In this document: piece after piece, positions 45,153 to 58,499 of the stretch
Numbering within the stretch: position 1 is the stretch's first letter
Layout of the letters: every line of letters starts with the position of its first letter
Assembly: GCA_012295275.1 (NCBI GenBank)
Contig: CM022675.1
Span: 15,748,001-15,812,000 of the forward strand
Length of the DNA stretch: 64,000 nucleotides
Direction of reading: 5' to 3'
Source: Chrysomallon squamiferum
Lineage: Eukaryota; Animalia; Mollusca
Position numbers and translations under genes: made by a program
The notes under the pieces: generated by a model
The model's database searches: none
Told to the model about the DNA's origin: nothing
What the model saw: only the letters and a program-made list of their open reading frames with translations

Positions 45153-45520
<368 letters not shown>

Positions 45521-46014
45521 ACTGAAGTTAAAATGTATATACTGTGGTAGCAACCAACAACACAACAACCGCTGAGAATCCTGCGTCTTACTCGTTTGCT
45601 TTCACTTGGTTACCTCACCGTGGAAGCATCTCATGTTTTGTGCAGTATTTTGCCAAATTTCTATGGATCCTAAGAAAGTGAGTGCAAAGGACAGTGCTGA
45701 GAAGAAGAAGCGGATTAAATATAATAAAATATTTTCTATGATTTATAATAATAATTAAATAAATAAATAAATGAAATAAAAATTTTAAAATTTAAAAAAA
45801 AATCATAAAAAAAACAACAATGAAATGAGAAAGAACCAATAAAAACAAAATAATATATAGTCCATCACAATTTTATATATTTTTAGAGCAAACGTATTTC
45901 TTTAACGTTTTACACATCATTTTGTGTAATTTCTTATGTAAATAACTCAACATCTCATCAGTTCCTTACATTACACACACCTCACACACATCACTTAACA
46001 AACAGTTAACACAT

Positions 46015-46690
46015 CTACACTGATTATACAGTCTAGATATATATATTACTGACTATACAACACAGACATATAACTGAAATTGTGTAGATATCTTTCTTAC
46101 AGATATTTTCATGACTGTTTTGATATTTTACTGAATATACAATATAAATATTTAACTAACATTGTTTAGATATCTTACTGAATACAACATATAACGATAC
46201 TTTATAGATATCTTACTGACTAAACAAGATAGATATTTAACTGACAGTGTGCAAATACCTTTCTTACAGACACAAGCTGTTTCGATAGCGTATTGATTAT
46301 ACAGTAGGCACATTTAACGGTTTGTAGCTAACTGACTGACTATACAACACAAACATTCAAGTAAACTCGTGTAGATATCGAGCTGAACATACAACATAGA
46401 TATTTAACTGAAATGTGCAGACATTCAGCTGTTTTTAAATACGTTACTTATTATACAATAAAGAAATTTAACTGAAATGTGCAGATACATTACTGACTAT
46501 ACAACTATAGACACTTAAATGAAATTGTGTTGATATATTTCTAATTGTAGATATCCAACTGACTGTATAACATAGATATTTAATTGACTGTGTAGAAATA
46601 TCTTACAGACTATAAAACAGAAATTTTTAACTGGCTGTGTGTAAAGATACCAAACTGACTATACAACAGAGGCATCTTACTGAATGTACA
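46015..46690. repeat. Old degenerate ~47-bp tandem repeat (TTACTGACTATACAACATAGATATTTAACTGAAATTGTGTAGATATC-like)
   Basis: Recurrent ACTGACTATACAAC / GATATTTAACTG motifs. Confidence 0.75.
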
Positions 46691-46969
46691 TTTGGAAAGA
46701 TAATGTTACCCGTATTTACACTGTCAGCTTTGTTTTTCAACTGTTCTCTGGAGTCAGGTAGTCACAATAGCCAGGTCAGACAGTCGGATAAATACAAAAT
46801 CCTATTAGGTGTCGAACGTGCTCAACAAAATAACAGTGAAATGAAGAGGATCGTCTGTTAAAGCAACTGAGAGTGGTTTGAAAGACAAATAAATGTCGAG
46901 AATTCGTGTCTGGTCAACAGTGTCTTTGCCAGTCAGCAAACTGTACCGAACTTCTTGTCAGTCGAAACA

Positions 46970-47105
<136 letters not shown>

Positions 47106-47786
47106 CGCATGTACGTACATATGAATGTATGTATGTATGTATACATATTACTCTTTGTATGTTTGATGTATATTTGTATCTGTGGATGTAACTACAAACA
47201 TACACCAAATAAAACGTAATATGGGTATATACATATGTATGTATGTATGTATACATATTACTGTTTGTATGTTTGATATGTGTATTGCTCTATGTATGTA
47301 CGTACAAAAACACACAAAATAAAACGTAACATGGATGTTCAGTATATATTTAGCTATTTTTCGTGTCATCAAACAAGGTTTTCTATGAACCATTCGTACA
47401 CAAATTTTGTCCACTGTCATTCCCCTCTTCTGGATAGGATTCGCCATAGACTGAACCTTGAACATTTTTTTGAAAAATGTCATTTGGAATCATCTAAAGC
47501 AATAATGATGTGTGCCTTAAGCGAAGACTCACTTGCAGATAATCTCGTTAAAGCCAAGATTAATTAACTGTTTGACAATCACAGAGTGATGAACTTAGAC
47601 AGACATGAGAAACCAATGAATGGAAAACGTGGAAAACCAACCAAATCAGCGGTCAAACGGTCAGTTTTGTGCAGCTGGACACCGCGAAGTTCTACAGTTA
47701 CTGACTGCCGCCCAGAAATAACTAGAGAGAGTTTTCGTATTATAGCAACATTCTAATTTACTAAGTGGTAAATGTAAAAACAGATT

Positions 47787-47878
<92 letters not shown>

Positions 47879-49138
47879 AAGAGCAATGCAGAGAAAGACT
47901 GATAGGTAGAGATACTAACATACAGACAGATAGACAGCTTGATATATGGATATATAGATGGATGGATGGATGATTGAACAGAATAGCAGATAGAAGGAGA
48001 GTTAAATAGATGGATAGACACGCAGGCAGAAAATTGACAGATAAGAAATAGATAAATCAACACCTGATATTAATATTTTTGACAAATAAGACTGAAGTTT
48101 TGTGAACTGGTGAAGGAAGACGAATACATACACTCTTTCACTGTGAAAGAAACTGTCGACTGTTCCACTGCGCCAGTCAGAGACATCCTTTTCCTTCTCT
48201 TTCTTTTGATCACATCTTGATTGTGTAAGACACAACACAATTGTTAATTCGAACAATTTTAATGACGTCGAGTGGACGATGTTAATACAACAGTATCCCT
48301 TGAGGTGGTCACCGTGTCGTTGTATCGCCACCGGTCATAAAACGTATTGATCACCGTTAATGACCATTCTGATGATTAACTGAGTAACAGGCTGCCCTTA
48401 AACCACAAACAACCCTACACTAATTTCAGTTTAATAATTCAACAGAATTACAAAGATAAAAACATGAAGTCAGTCGGATTAATCATGATTAAGGCTCAAG
48501 GGAGCAAGGTGAGTTGGCAGGGAAGGTAACTCGTGATGCATGTTACCAGTGACAAATTAATAGTTAATGGGGTTTTTAATAATCCCATTTCATTTAAATG
48601 GATGTGTAAAAGGCTGCGGGTTACTGAAATTAACACATGAGATAAAAGATTTCTAGCCCAAGGTCGGGTCCGATATTCATTCAGTGACCATTAGTAAACT
48701 GTTTTGTGATTAGTGTGTTGTCATGTAGCAAGAGTACTGCTAGCTCGGCAAGTGAATGTATTAGACAGACGGGCAGAAGGGCAGATAGAAAGACAAAAGA
48801 AAAATACAAGAAGAAATATAAATTGATACAAAGCAGATAGATATGTAGATATAGATCTGGAGTCAGACAAAAAAAAACCCAGACAGATAAGTAGATTATA
48901 GATAGATAGACAAAGGAACAGACAGATAGACATTTTTCTAACAGTTTAATAAGTTTTCTGAGAGGTCCATTACAAGCTTAATTTTTTACACAAGCTAAGA
49001 AACAACATTTCTCTCAGATTCGGATTTTTTTTTTTTTTTTTTTTAGTCTAATGTTTCTGACGAAGATTAAAGTTTAGGATTTAGACCAATAACTCAGCAT
49101 GTTAATTAATACAATGCAATCGAAATGTTCTTATTTCC

Positions 49139-49235
<97 letters not shown>

Positions 49236-49317
49236 ACCTACCTACCTACCTGTCTAACTTTATATCTATCCGTCTATCTATCAACCTACCTATCTATTTA
49301 CCGAACTATTTATTTAT

Positions 49318-49394
<77 letters not shown>

Positions 49395-50731
49395 CATCTA
49401 TCTCTAGATCTTAAATACAGAGACACTCAGTACACGTATTCCTACTTGGCGTAAATTTTACAAGAAACTATTCATCGGAGACAAATAATAAATGTTATCG
49501 TCATCGCTTTTAATTTGAGCTCACAGGATGTTGCAGCAGTGAACTGTTATTTAGAGTAATGTTGTAAAATGTTCAATGGATAACGGAAGGCACTGGTATG
49601 GTAATAAAAATGATAATGTATTGAGGAATGGTTTTAAACATCGTAGTAAACTGATAACGGGATTATGTTGCCGGATCTCGAGCCCTTTACCTATAATTGC
49701 ATTGTGGGAAAAGTTTGCTAGTTACTCACGTCACAACGAAACCGACACAAGATAAACAAACAGGTCGACACTAGTGGACAGATTTCAGTGATGAAACGAG
49801 CTTAGCCAAACAGAAATGTACACTTAATAAAGTCGATGCTTTGAAATGTGTATTTGCAGGCTGGATTGGAAACATATCCACATCTTCAGAATGGACACGT
49901 AGCGATCACTGGGGTTCATGCACGGGTCAGTTCGAAGTGTTCAGTTCCAAAACAGTTTAATGTTTTTATTCGGTTCTGGCGTTCGCAGAGAAATGTTGTC
50001 GGAACATAACAAGGTTTTGTAATCTATCACTTTGCTGCTACAGATCTATGTTAATCTGAGGATACTGCACAGGAACTGCTATTAACTAGAACGTGTTATA
50101 TACAAACTATAAATATAACTCTGTAAAATTTTTTATCAGTTTGATCTTGAGGCATTATTAGTCTTCGTCATCGTCATCATTATTATCATCATCCACATCA
50201 TCAATTTTGTTTTTAATATTTTATCTTCTTCTATTTCTTCTTTTTCGTCTTCTTCATTTTTCCTTAATTGTGTTACAACAGATCATTAAGACAAACCAGT
50301 TTTCTTTAATTGTATTTTCCAAGATCTGTACGTAGAACAACTGACATGGAACCTAACTTACTAACATATTTGTTTACTAGCAGATTACTTAGATATATAG
50401 TTCTAGCAAACTAGTGATACAAAATTACAAAACTGCTGATAAACTGTTATATTTTACATTATAGTTTACTTTTTACTTTAGAATTACCCAAAACGTTATA
50501 CTATCAAATTACTAATAATGTTTTACTATACAGTTACAGATAAAATTTTATTACGAAATTATTGATATTTTCACAATAATCCTAGCCTAGCTTTGTTGAT
50601 AAAAGTTTTGTATTTTCCATTCTTCATTCATAAAGAAAATAAATTATACGGTTTCTTGTTCGTACAGTAATACAGAGAGTAGATTATAATGCCGTGAAAT
50701 CATGATATAAATGAGTTCGTTTTTATTATTT

Positions 50732-50766
<35 letters not shown>

Positions 50767-51124
50767 TTTTCTTGTATTTCATTTTATTTATTATGTATTA
50801 TTATTTATTTCTAAACCAAAAGTAATTATTATTTACGAAATGGTCGATAACAGCTAAAATTTCAACTGGTCATTGAACTGGGCAAGCTATAAAATATGTC
50901 ATGTAAAACAAATCATGGTTATATACTACTACTACTGCTACTGCTACAACTACTACTGTAATACAATGTATTGCTTGAACTAGATTAGCCGGAACCAACC
51001 GAATTATTATGATTATAAAGATGTTCCTTACAGAGTTACCGTTCTTGCAGTTGGCAGTCCGGTAAATACTTAAAACATTTGTCATTAATGTAATAGTTCT
51101 TATGTCTTTGAATCGACAATAAAA

Positions 51125-51210
<86 letters not shown>

Positions 51211-52229
51211 TACACTATGTGTATTATATTATTCCTGATTTTCGGATTTTTGATACATCCAAAAATAAAATAATAAGTAAATAAAACATATATAATAACC
51301 TTTTTTTTCTGTACGGCAATAATTTACGGCTGAAATTTCCACTAGATGGAATCTTGTTCACAAATTTTCATTTATAACAGTCTCCTTGAAAATTGACAAT
51401 ATTTTGTGGATTTAATCAAATATTTCTCTCTCCTTTTCTTCATTTTTTAAATTCTTTTTAAATCTTTATTTTATTCTAACCAATACTTGTAATTAATCTT
51501 TCTGATCTATCATTATTTGATCAGATATAAAACCTCAGTGCTATATTTGAAGTATAAATTATGTTGAGTTTCGTCCAGAAAATCGGAAAATGTTGAAATG
51601 TGTCCGACCTGTGGCATTCCGGATAAAATTTACGAGCTGAATCGGAAACAAAGACCCCTCCCCCATACCCAAAAGAGTTTGTACCAAGGTTAAAACAATT
51701 CCTATCCGGGGCCTGAATATTCAAATGAAACTGGTGTTTTGTTTTACAATATGGATAAGAGTAAAATAAGAAATTGATAAGCCAATAAATTAATACTTTT
51801 TACCGGTGATAAAAATAAATAGAATAGTCAGATTAAATAGAACAGTCAGATTAAAAAAAAAAATTTCGTTGGCATGTCCGAATACCAACAAATAAATGAA
51901 TTGACGCAAAATACAGTATTCAATGTTGGGAACGCGTTGTTTTATGGGTAAGTGCTGTCTTGGGTACGGGATTTCTAGGATACAAGTTGCTTAGAATTGC
52001 CCGTAACCTCTAACGCTCTAACACGTACATTAGCGACACTAAACATTCTCAACGTTTATTGGATAAACTGAGAAACCTCACCTATCTCTCCCTTTGATAC
52101 CCATATGAATTCAGTTGTACCGATTCTCGTGTTTAATGTTTTTTGCATCACACGCTGTGCGTCCCTAATAATCGACTATTCCTCCATGTGACTCAAAGTG
52201 TCACCGGATCTGCTATATTCTCGATAAAA

Positions 52230-52308
<79 letters not shown>

Positions 52309-53404
52309 TGTAGCTAAGTTCCACCAGTGTGGTGCTCCAAGACTCTGGAGGAGTATTTCACAGAAACGTTCGTCATGATCTGAACGCAGACGACAGTAAT
52401 TGAAAAGTGAATTGTTTAAAAGCACTTCGTTGTATATGACAAGCAAGAGAAAAATACGACATCGAAGAGTCCTAATTTTATTATTTATTTTACTTTTAAC
52501 AATGATCAGCAATGTAATAATTAAACTGGCCCTAATTTCATCTTTGGTGTCGATGTGTTTTATTCAGTATAGTTTACCTACTCATAGCAGTTCAGATTAT
52601 TTGTAAAGACAGGATATTTCTGTCTTATTTTTGTTTTGTTTTTAAATATTATCTACAAATAAATAATAAATAAATAATAAGTTAATAGTAGTAGTAATTG
52701 CTGCAGCAGTAGTTGTAGTAGTATTATTGTCACAGTATCAGTAAGCTGGGGTCTATAGGTGTTAATCGGGTATTGCCTCTTATCTGGCATGGAAAGATCT
52801 GCGACATTTTAACATAAAAAAATATGAGCATGAATTTGTTGTTTCTATGAATACAAGTAATCACCGCGTTACCAATACCGTCCTGCACCCTAAAAGAGCT
52901 GTAGCTTTAATTTTATTTTATTTTGTTATCGTCGTTTCCTGCAAGTTCTCCATTGTAGGGGAAGTAACTCAATTTACGCGTTCCATAACAACAACACGAA
53001 ATTGAATGTAGTTTGGAAAGGGCTTAATTATTAAAAATACTTGAATTGGACGCATACCTGGGATAATCAACTAATAATATGCATTTATCCTTTTTTATTT
53101 CTATAATAATAATAAAAATACGAGATAATGATATTAGGTATTCCAAAGCGCCTGTGATTTTGGTCTCCCGATTCGATCTATTTTTTTCTGACTTTCGCAC
53201 ATACAACATAAATGTTTTTGCTTCCAGAAAGTGAAAGAAAGCTTGAAAGAAAGAAAAAATATATATATATATATATATAATAAAAAATATGTAAAGACTC
53301 TTTACTGTTTCATAACAACAGAAAACTTTCAAAATTATAGCACTGGAAAGAGCAATATTTCTTCTCTTAAAGAAGAAGATAACAGAAGCAACAACACAGT
53401 CTAA

Positions 53405-53462
53405 CATTCCACGTGAAAATGACGTCATAAGAGCAACATTCCGCCCATCTACGCGTTAAGTG
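53405..53462 (+). promoter_or_regulatory. Housekeeping-type promoter: E-box, CRE, GC box
   Basis: CACGTG 53410-53415, TGACGTCA 53420-53427 and CCGCCC 53441-53446, immediately before ATGGCTGCC at 53463. Confidence 0.6.
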
Positions 53463-53562
53463 ATGGCTGCCGAAGCTGGCTTCCCTCCGAGTCAGAAAGC
53501 GACTGCTCAAGTTGATTCTCCTCAACCAGAACCTCCTCATTTCTGTCCTAAAGATACTGCTG
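53463..53562 (+). CDS. Exon 1 of a small spliced gene, putative microprotein MAAEAGFPPSQKATAQVDSPQPEPPHFCPKDTA (may be non-coding)
   Basis: ATG at 53463, open for 33 codons plus 1 nt, followed by donor CTG|GTGAGT at 53563. Confidence 0.5.
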
Positions 53563-54059
53563 GTGAGTAAAGTTATCGTTCTTTTCGTAAAATTTCCATT
53601 TAAGGCAAAACATTAAATTTAAGTAATTAAATCTGGGCTGGTTAATAAATGATCAAATTTATTTAAGCACTTCTCGGAAAGTGTTACTTGCATACAGTCT
53701 TAGCGAGGCCATCTGCACAAAATCACTGTAGGTTTTGGCCACTTTATTTATTCGTTTTGCTGGAAAAAGCGAAAAATCAAGAGTCACCGTGAACTGTTTC
53801 TCCTGTATTATAAACCAAAAGTAACCTTCTCAGTTATGAGTGTTTATTTAGTAGTATTTACCTTTTAATTCGACCTTTCAGTGCTTGTGGCAATAAATAT
53901 TGGAAATCATGAAGGCATGAGTGTGGTTAAAAAGTGTCAGTTGAAAAAAATAAAATTGAAAATTGATGTAATGCATTATCAGATACAGTATATTAAAAGC
54001 TTCACAAAAGCTACTTAATATTTGTTCACACCTTGAAAACGTACTGACTTGTGTTTCAG

Positions 54060-54127
54060 TGCTGCCGAAACTGAGAAAAATGACATATACTAGTATTCAG
54101 TGGAACAGTATAAAGCAGAACAAATAA
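54060..54127 (+). CDS. Putative exon 2 completing a 55-aa ORF (...VLPKLRKMTYTSIQWNSIKQNK*)
   Basis: Branch point TACTGAC 54042-54048, acceptor gtgtttcAG 54058-59, in-phase reading to TAA 54125-54127. An alternative acceptor lies at 53880-81. Confidence 0.35.
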
Positions 54128-54199
54128 TCTGTTACAACATGCACAAGCATAAAGACAACATCAAACACAAGAAATTAAAAACATGATTTATGATCACAG

Positions 54200-54566
54200 A
54201 AACAATGATTTACAAACATACATATCAACACGAATATATATTTAATTTGAAAATGTATGACTCAGAATTAAGAAGTCACTACCACTGAAAACTCAGTTCT
54301 CAGACACTAAAGGTTCACTTGTGTATCGTATCGAGTTCGGGCTCGGACACATCCAGCCAGCGGACCTCGTCTTCTGGATTGTTCACTTTATGTCTGAGAG
54401 TGTCTGTTATTAGTGTGAGCCTCGCCCACTCAGCGCAGTCACTGGAGTCAACAGACATGCATCATAAGGCCTGGCAAAGATTTCACCAACTTTTCAGCTA
54501 TGCAATCTTTTATACTTATGTTCTGATTCCTGGTTCGACATTTTTGTAGAATCAACAAAAACAATA
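54200..54566 (-). other. Exon 2 of a convergent minus-strand small transcript (lncRNA or smORF; 3' end uncertain)
   Basis: Acceptor gttttgttttctctgttgcAG at 54568-54567. Contains a 47-codon ORF MSVDSSDCAEWARLTLITDTLRHKVNNPEDEVRWLDVSEPELDTIHK*. Confidence 0.45.
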
Positions 54567-54604
54567 CTGCAACAGAGAAAACAAAACATTATATAGAATA
54601 TATT

Positions 54605-55040
54605 AATTACGTATAGTTTACATCAATTACTTATAGTTTGAATCAGTTACATATACTATACATCAGATACGTAAAGTCTACATCAGTTAGGAACAGCATA
54701 TATGAGTTCCTTATAGCATACATGAGTTATATGTGGCATACATCCCTTATATATACTATACACCAGTTACGTATACTATACATGAATTACACATAGTATA
54801 CGTGAGTTACATATACTATACATGAGTTACGTATAGAGCGCTTCAGTTACGTATACTAGACATCAGATACTTATAATAAACATCAGTAACATACACTATA
54901 CATAGCTAACATATACTATATGTGACTTACATACAGCGATGTGTACATCAGTCAGATGAGCTACATATCGTATATATGAATTGCACAGAGCAGACATGAT
55001 TAGTAGATAGTATACATGAGATAAGTTACATATATTTTAC
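54605..55040. repeat. Degenerate ~20-bp tandem repeat (TACATCAGTTACATATACTA)n in the intron of the minus-strand transcript
   Basis: Recurrent ACATCAGTTAC/ACATGAGTTAC units. Confidence 0.8.
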
Positions 55041-55619
55041 ATTAGACATTGAACAGGTATGCCGCTACCAAGGTAACGTTGATCAGAACAGAGTTCAAGA
55101 GTAGTCTTTGTTTAAATAAATGAATAAATTAATACAAAAATAAACAAACAAATAAATAATAACTAACTTTAAGGCATGTGTTTTCAATTCTGTTTTTTTA
55201 TGGGTAGGTGCGGAAAAGAAATAATCTTTGCTTTTTTTTATCATATCCTTATATCAAGATATATCGCCAAATTAAATTAATGTACAATAATAATAATAAA
55301 TAAATAATAATAAAAAAATAAAATAGAAACGATACATAATGTATTAATACAAACAGATATTTCTATATGGTATCAATACTTGCATATTGTAGTACATGGA
55401 CCAACAGGAACGATAACTCGTAATGGCACAAATTGCGTCGCCGGGAAAAATGGCTCCAGATTACTCTTTTTTAATGGATACAAACTACACCTGAACGTTC
55501 TTTTCAGTTTATAATGCACGCATTTGCACAAAAATAATCCATTTTGAAAAGTTTGATTAAGCTGAAAAAGTAGTTAGGTAACGTGCAATACATCATGGTT
55601 TATGAACAACCACCCTTAC

Positions 55620-55760
55620 CTTTATTATTGTAAATCATAAACAAATTCAGGAAACTGACGTAAAATTGTTGAAATTTGGAACTGCAATGTGATGGTTTCT
55701 GAGCATACACTGAAATTTCAGATCGAAATTCAAAATGGCGGCGTCTACCTTCGGTCAACG
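55620..55760 (-). other. Exon 1 of the convergent minus-strand transcript (5' end approximate)
   Basis: YY1-type GCCGCCATTTTG (plus strand CAAAATGGCGGC 55731-55742) near the 5' end, donor AAAG|GTAAGG with GT at 55619-55618, and upstream CRE TGACGTCA 55975-55982. Confidence 0.5.
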
Positions 55761-55818
55761 CTTACAAATGTTTAAACATATATTCCTTCATGATGTAATC
55801 AATTCTGCACGGATTATT

Positions 55819-55874
<56 letters not shown>

Positions 55875-56044
55875 AATATGTCTTATAATCAATACCTCGT
55901 ATATATAGATGTCCATTACTGAGAAGCAATTGTTGCAAAGGTCGAAACATTTTGGTGGGTTTTCTTTTTAACTTTGACGTCATACCATCTCGTTCCCATT
56001 TCGTACTATATATATATATTTATTATTATTATTTTTTTCTTCAA

Positions 56045-56076
<32 letters not shown>

Positions 56077-56639
56077 GTAATAGTAGTAGTAGTAGCAGAA
56101 GTAGTACACTAAACCAATGATGCAACAATGCAATACTGTAATATAAATTCTATTATTCTTTTGTATTTTAGTTATTAAAAGTATAAAATAAATTTTTTAT
56201 TGTGTAATGATGCAGAATAATTTTTTCCATCACTTTTTTTTATGGGTGTGAAATTGTTTTGCGTTTTGGATTTTCTTTTTGCCTCACCAACTTGTAATTT
56301 CTATACCTGTATCAATTTGTTTAAAACACTCTTTTTTTATGTTCTAACAACTTATATGTGTGTGTCCATTTATGCAAAATAAACATTATTTTTCCTTCTG
56401 AAAATATTGGGTATGTCACTCTACCTGTTAGCTGGGGTCTATAAATGTTAATCTGCTATTGGGTCTTGCTTTTTAAAGCTGCCAAAAGGACTGCTACATT
56501 TTGACAACATCTGAGCATTAATTTGTGTTTGGAAATAAACATTCTGATGATGGTTAAGTGTAGTTAATTAGTGTCAGTGAGAAAAATTATGCTCATTACA
56601 TTTGAAATTTGATTCAAAACATACTACAACACAATAACA

Positions 56640-57213
56640 ACATAGTAGGGAAACATCTTTTTATTCAGTCTCTTCTTTGGTTGGACATTTGCTTTATAAT
56701 GTTCACTCATATTCAAACAGGTTCTTTAAAACATCTGTTCGAAAGTCAATTCTTTAATTTTATCCAAGGGTAATTCACCGTCTGCTCCATTTACATTCAC
56801 CCTAATCAGCATGTAACTTTTCTAAGCACTATTACAGTATAAATCATTGTCTGTTCAGTTTTTGTCCCTGTGTTCTTAACATACTCTCACTGCAAACCAG
56901 TTTGAAGCCTACTGTAGTCACTTTTATATATGTATATATGCAAGTATTTTTTATGTGTGCGTATCTATTTATGTATGCATGTATTTATTTATGCTTGTGC
57001 ATATTTATGTATGCATGTATTTATGCGTGTGTTGTGTATCTCTTTATGTATGTATGTATGTATGTATGGCTGGCCACCATTTTTATTTTTCCATGTATTT
57101 TGGTAGCACAGCTAGTCTTCTTGGACTCTTGGTATGTACTGTCACAGAATCACCCATGTTGACAACATCTGTGTACAATGTCAACATCTGTGAATGTTCA
57201 TCACGGGTTTGTC
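56640..57213 (-). other. Distal terminal 3' UTR exon, most likely of the hnRNP A gene
   Basis: Acceptor gtgtcttttacttacAG at 57215-57214. AATAAA at 56665-56660 is followed by a GU-rich downstream element (tatgttgttattgtgttgtagtatgttttg). Confidence 0.55.
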
Positions 57214-57832
57214 CTGTAAGTAAAAGACACACAAAATAAATAAATTTAAAAATAAAAGCATGTCTGATGCCATTTAGACTTTCACTCAAACAAAAAACAA
57301 AATGTGAGTAAAGGCAACTCTTTCAAAATGTGTAACATTCAAAAGTTTTGAAGATTAACAACTGAATGGACTGAAGAATGTTAAAATAGCCGTGACTACG
57401 CATCAGATAATTCATATCAGATAGCCATTACTGCATAGTAATGATCTGCTCACAGCCCCAATTTCTGATGTTTTCACTGCTGCAAAACCATTCAGATACC
57501 ATTCGATCTAGCAAAGAATACTTAAATTATATAAATAAGCATGTAGGTGGCCAAGCTACAACAGTTTAATTGAAATACTTTAACATTTAATGTGCAGCTT
57601 ACAAAAACCTTTGGAAGTTTTTTTTTTTTTTTTCGTTTTCGTTTTCAACATCAAATTGGTTCTTTGTGACCAATTCTGACACTGATTTTATGATGCTCTT
57701 CTGCTAAGTGAGTTTGGCTACTCCTGACATACTAATTTCAGTACACTCCTTGCAAGAAAATTCATAAACTTCTGTTGGGAATCACTAACCTAGACTGGTT
57801 TTGTATAAACTGGCTGTGACAGTAGTACTTAC

Positions 57833-57905
57833 CAGAAATGAAACAAGATTGGTACTTATTTCTTTCAACAAGGCTTCAGTTCTATTCCAGGTTCTTCAGA
57901 TACAC
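57833..57905 (-). other. 73-nt non-coding (3' UTR) exon
   Basis: Acceptor ttttttattttgaatatAG (57907-57906) and donor CTG|GTAAGT (57832-57831). Stops in all three frames. Confidence 0.6.
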
Positions 57906-58499
57906 CTATATTCAAAATAAAAAATACAGAAATTTTATGTTTGAAATGTACTGATCTGTAATTACAACAAGTTTTCAGCCAGTTAGAATTTTATTTTCAT
58001 AGATTCAAACAATCTAATGTGTTATGTACAATTAAAGAGAGCCTTTCTTTTTTTATTTAAAATGTCAAAATATTTCTCTGGTGAAAGCCCTACAAAAACA
58101 AAGTCTAACGTGTTTTAGATGTTTCCAAATAGATTTGTTTTTTTGTTCTAGCCAACAAATTGGACCATACAGTTAATAATTTATTCACTTTTTCTTTTGG
58201 TTTACTAGTTCAAATTCATTTTTAACAAAAAATAGAAGTCTACCATTTGCTCAAATCACCATAGTAAATTTTAAAATGAATTATGTATTGTTGTTCATCT
58301 TAAACTGCACACCACAAACTGGCTGAAAACTTAAATACTGAAAAAGAAATTTAAATAAATAAATAAAAGTAAATATCTTGTGCTATTTTATTACATATGA
58401 AATTAAAGGTTGCTATTTTTTTTTTTTTTTTGTGGACATCTTAATAAAACCTAGATTAATAATATCTGCTTAAGTTACAAAAAAACCTATGATCTGAAC

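Noticed and set aside
53650-53745. Two small hairpins in the intron of the plus-strand small gene as an H/ACA snoRNA
   Set aside because: No ANANNA hinge or terminal ACA, and the hairpins are too short.
54255-54480. SECIS element, 7SK, RNase P/MRP or telomerase RNA
   Set aside because: An ATGA..AA..GA pattern lacks a proper helix and there is no in-frame Sec codon context. GACACATCC alone is too short for 7SK, and no P4 or CTAACCCTAA template motifs are present.
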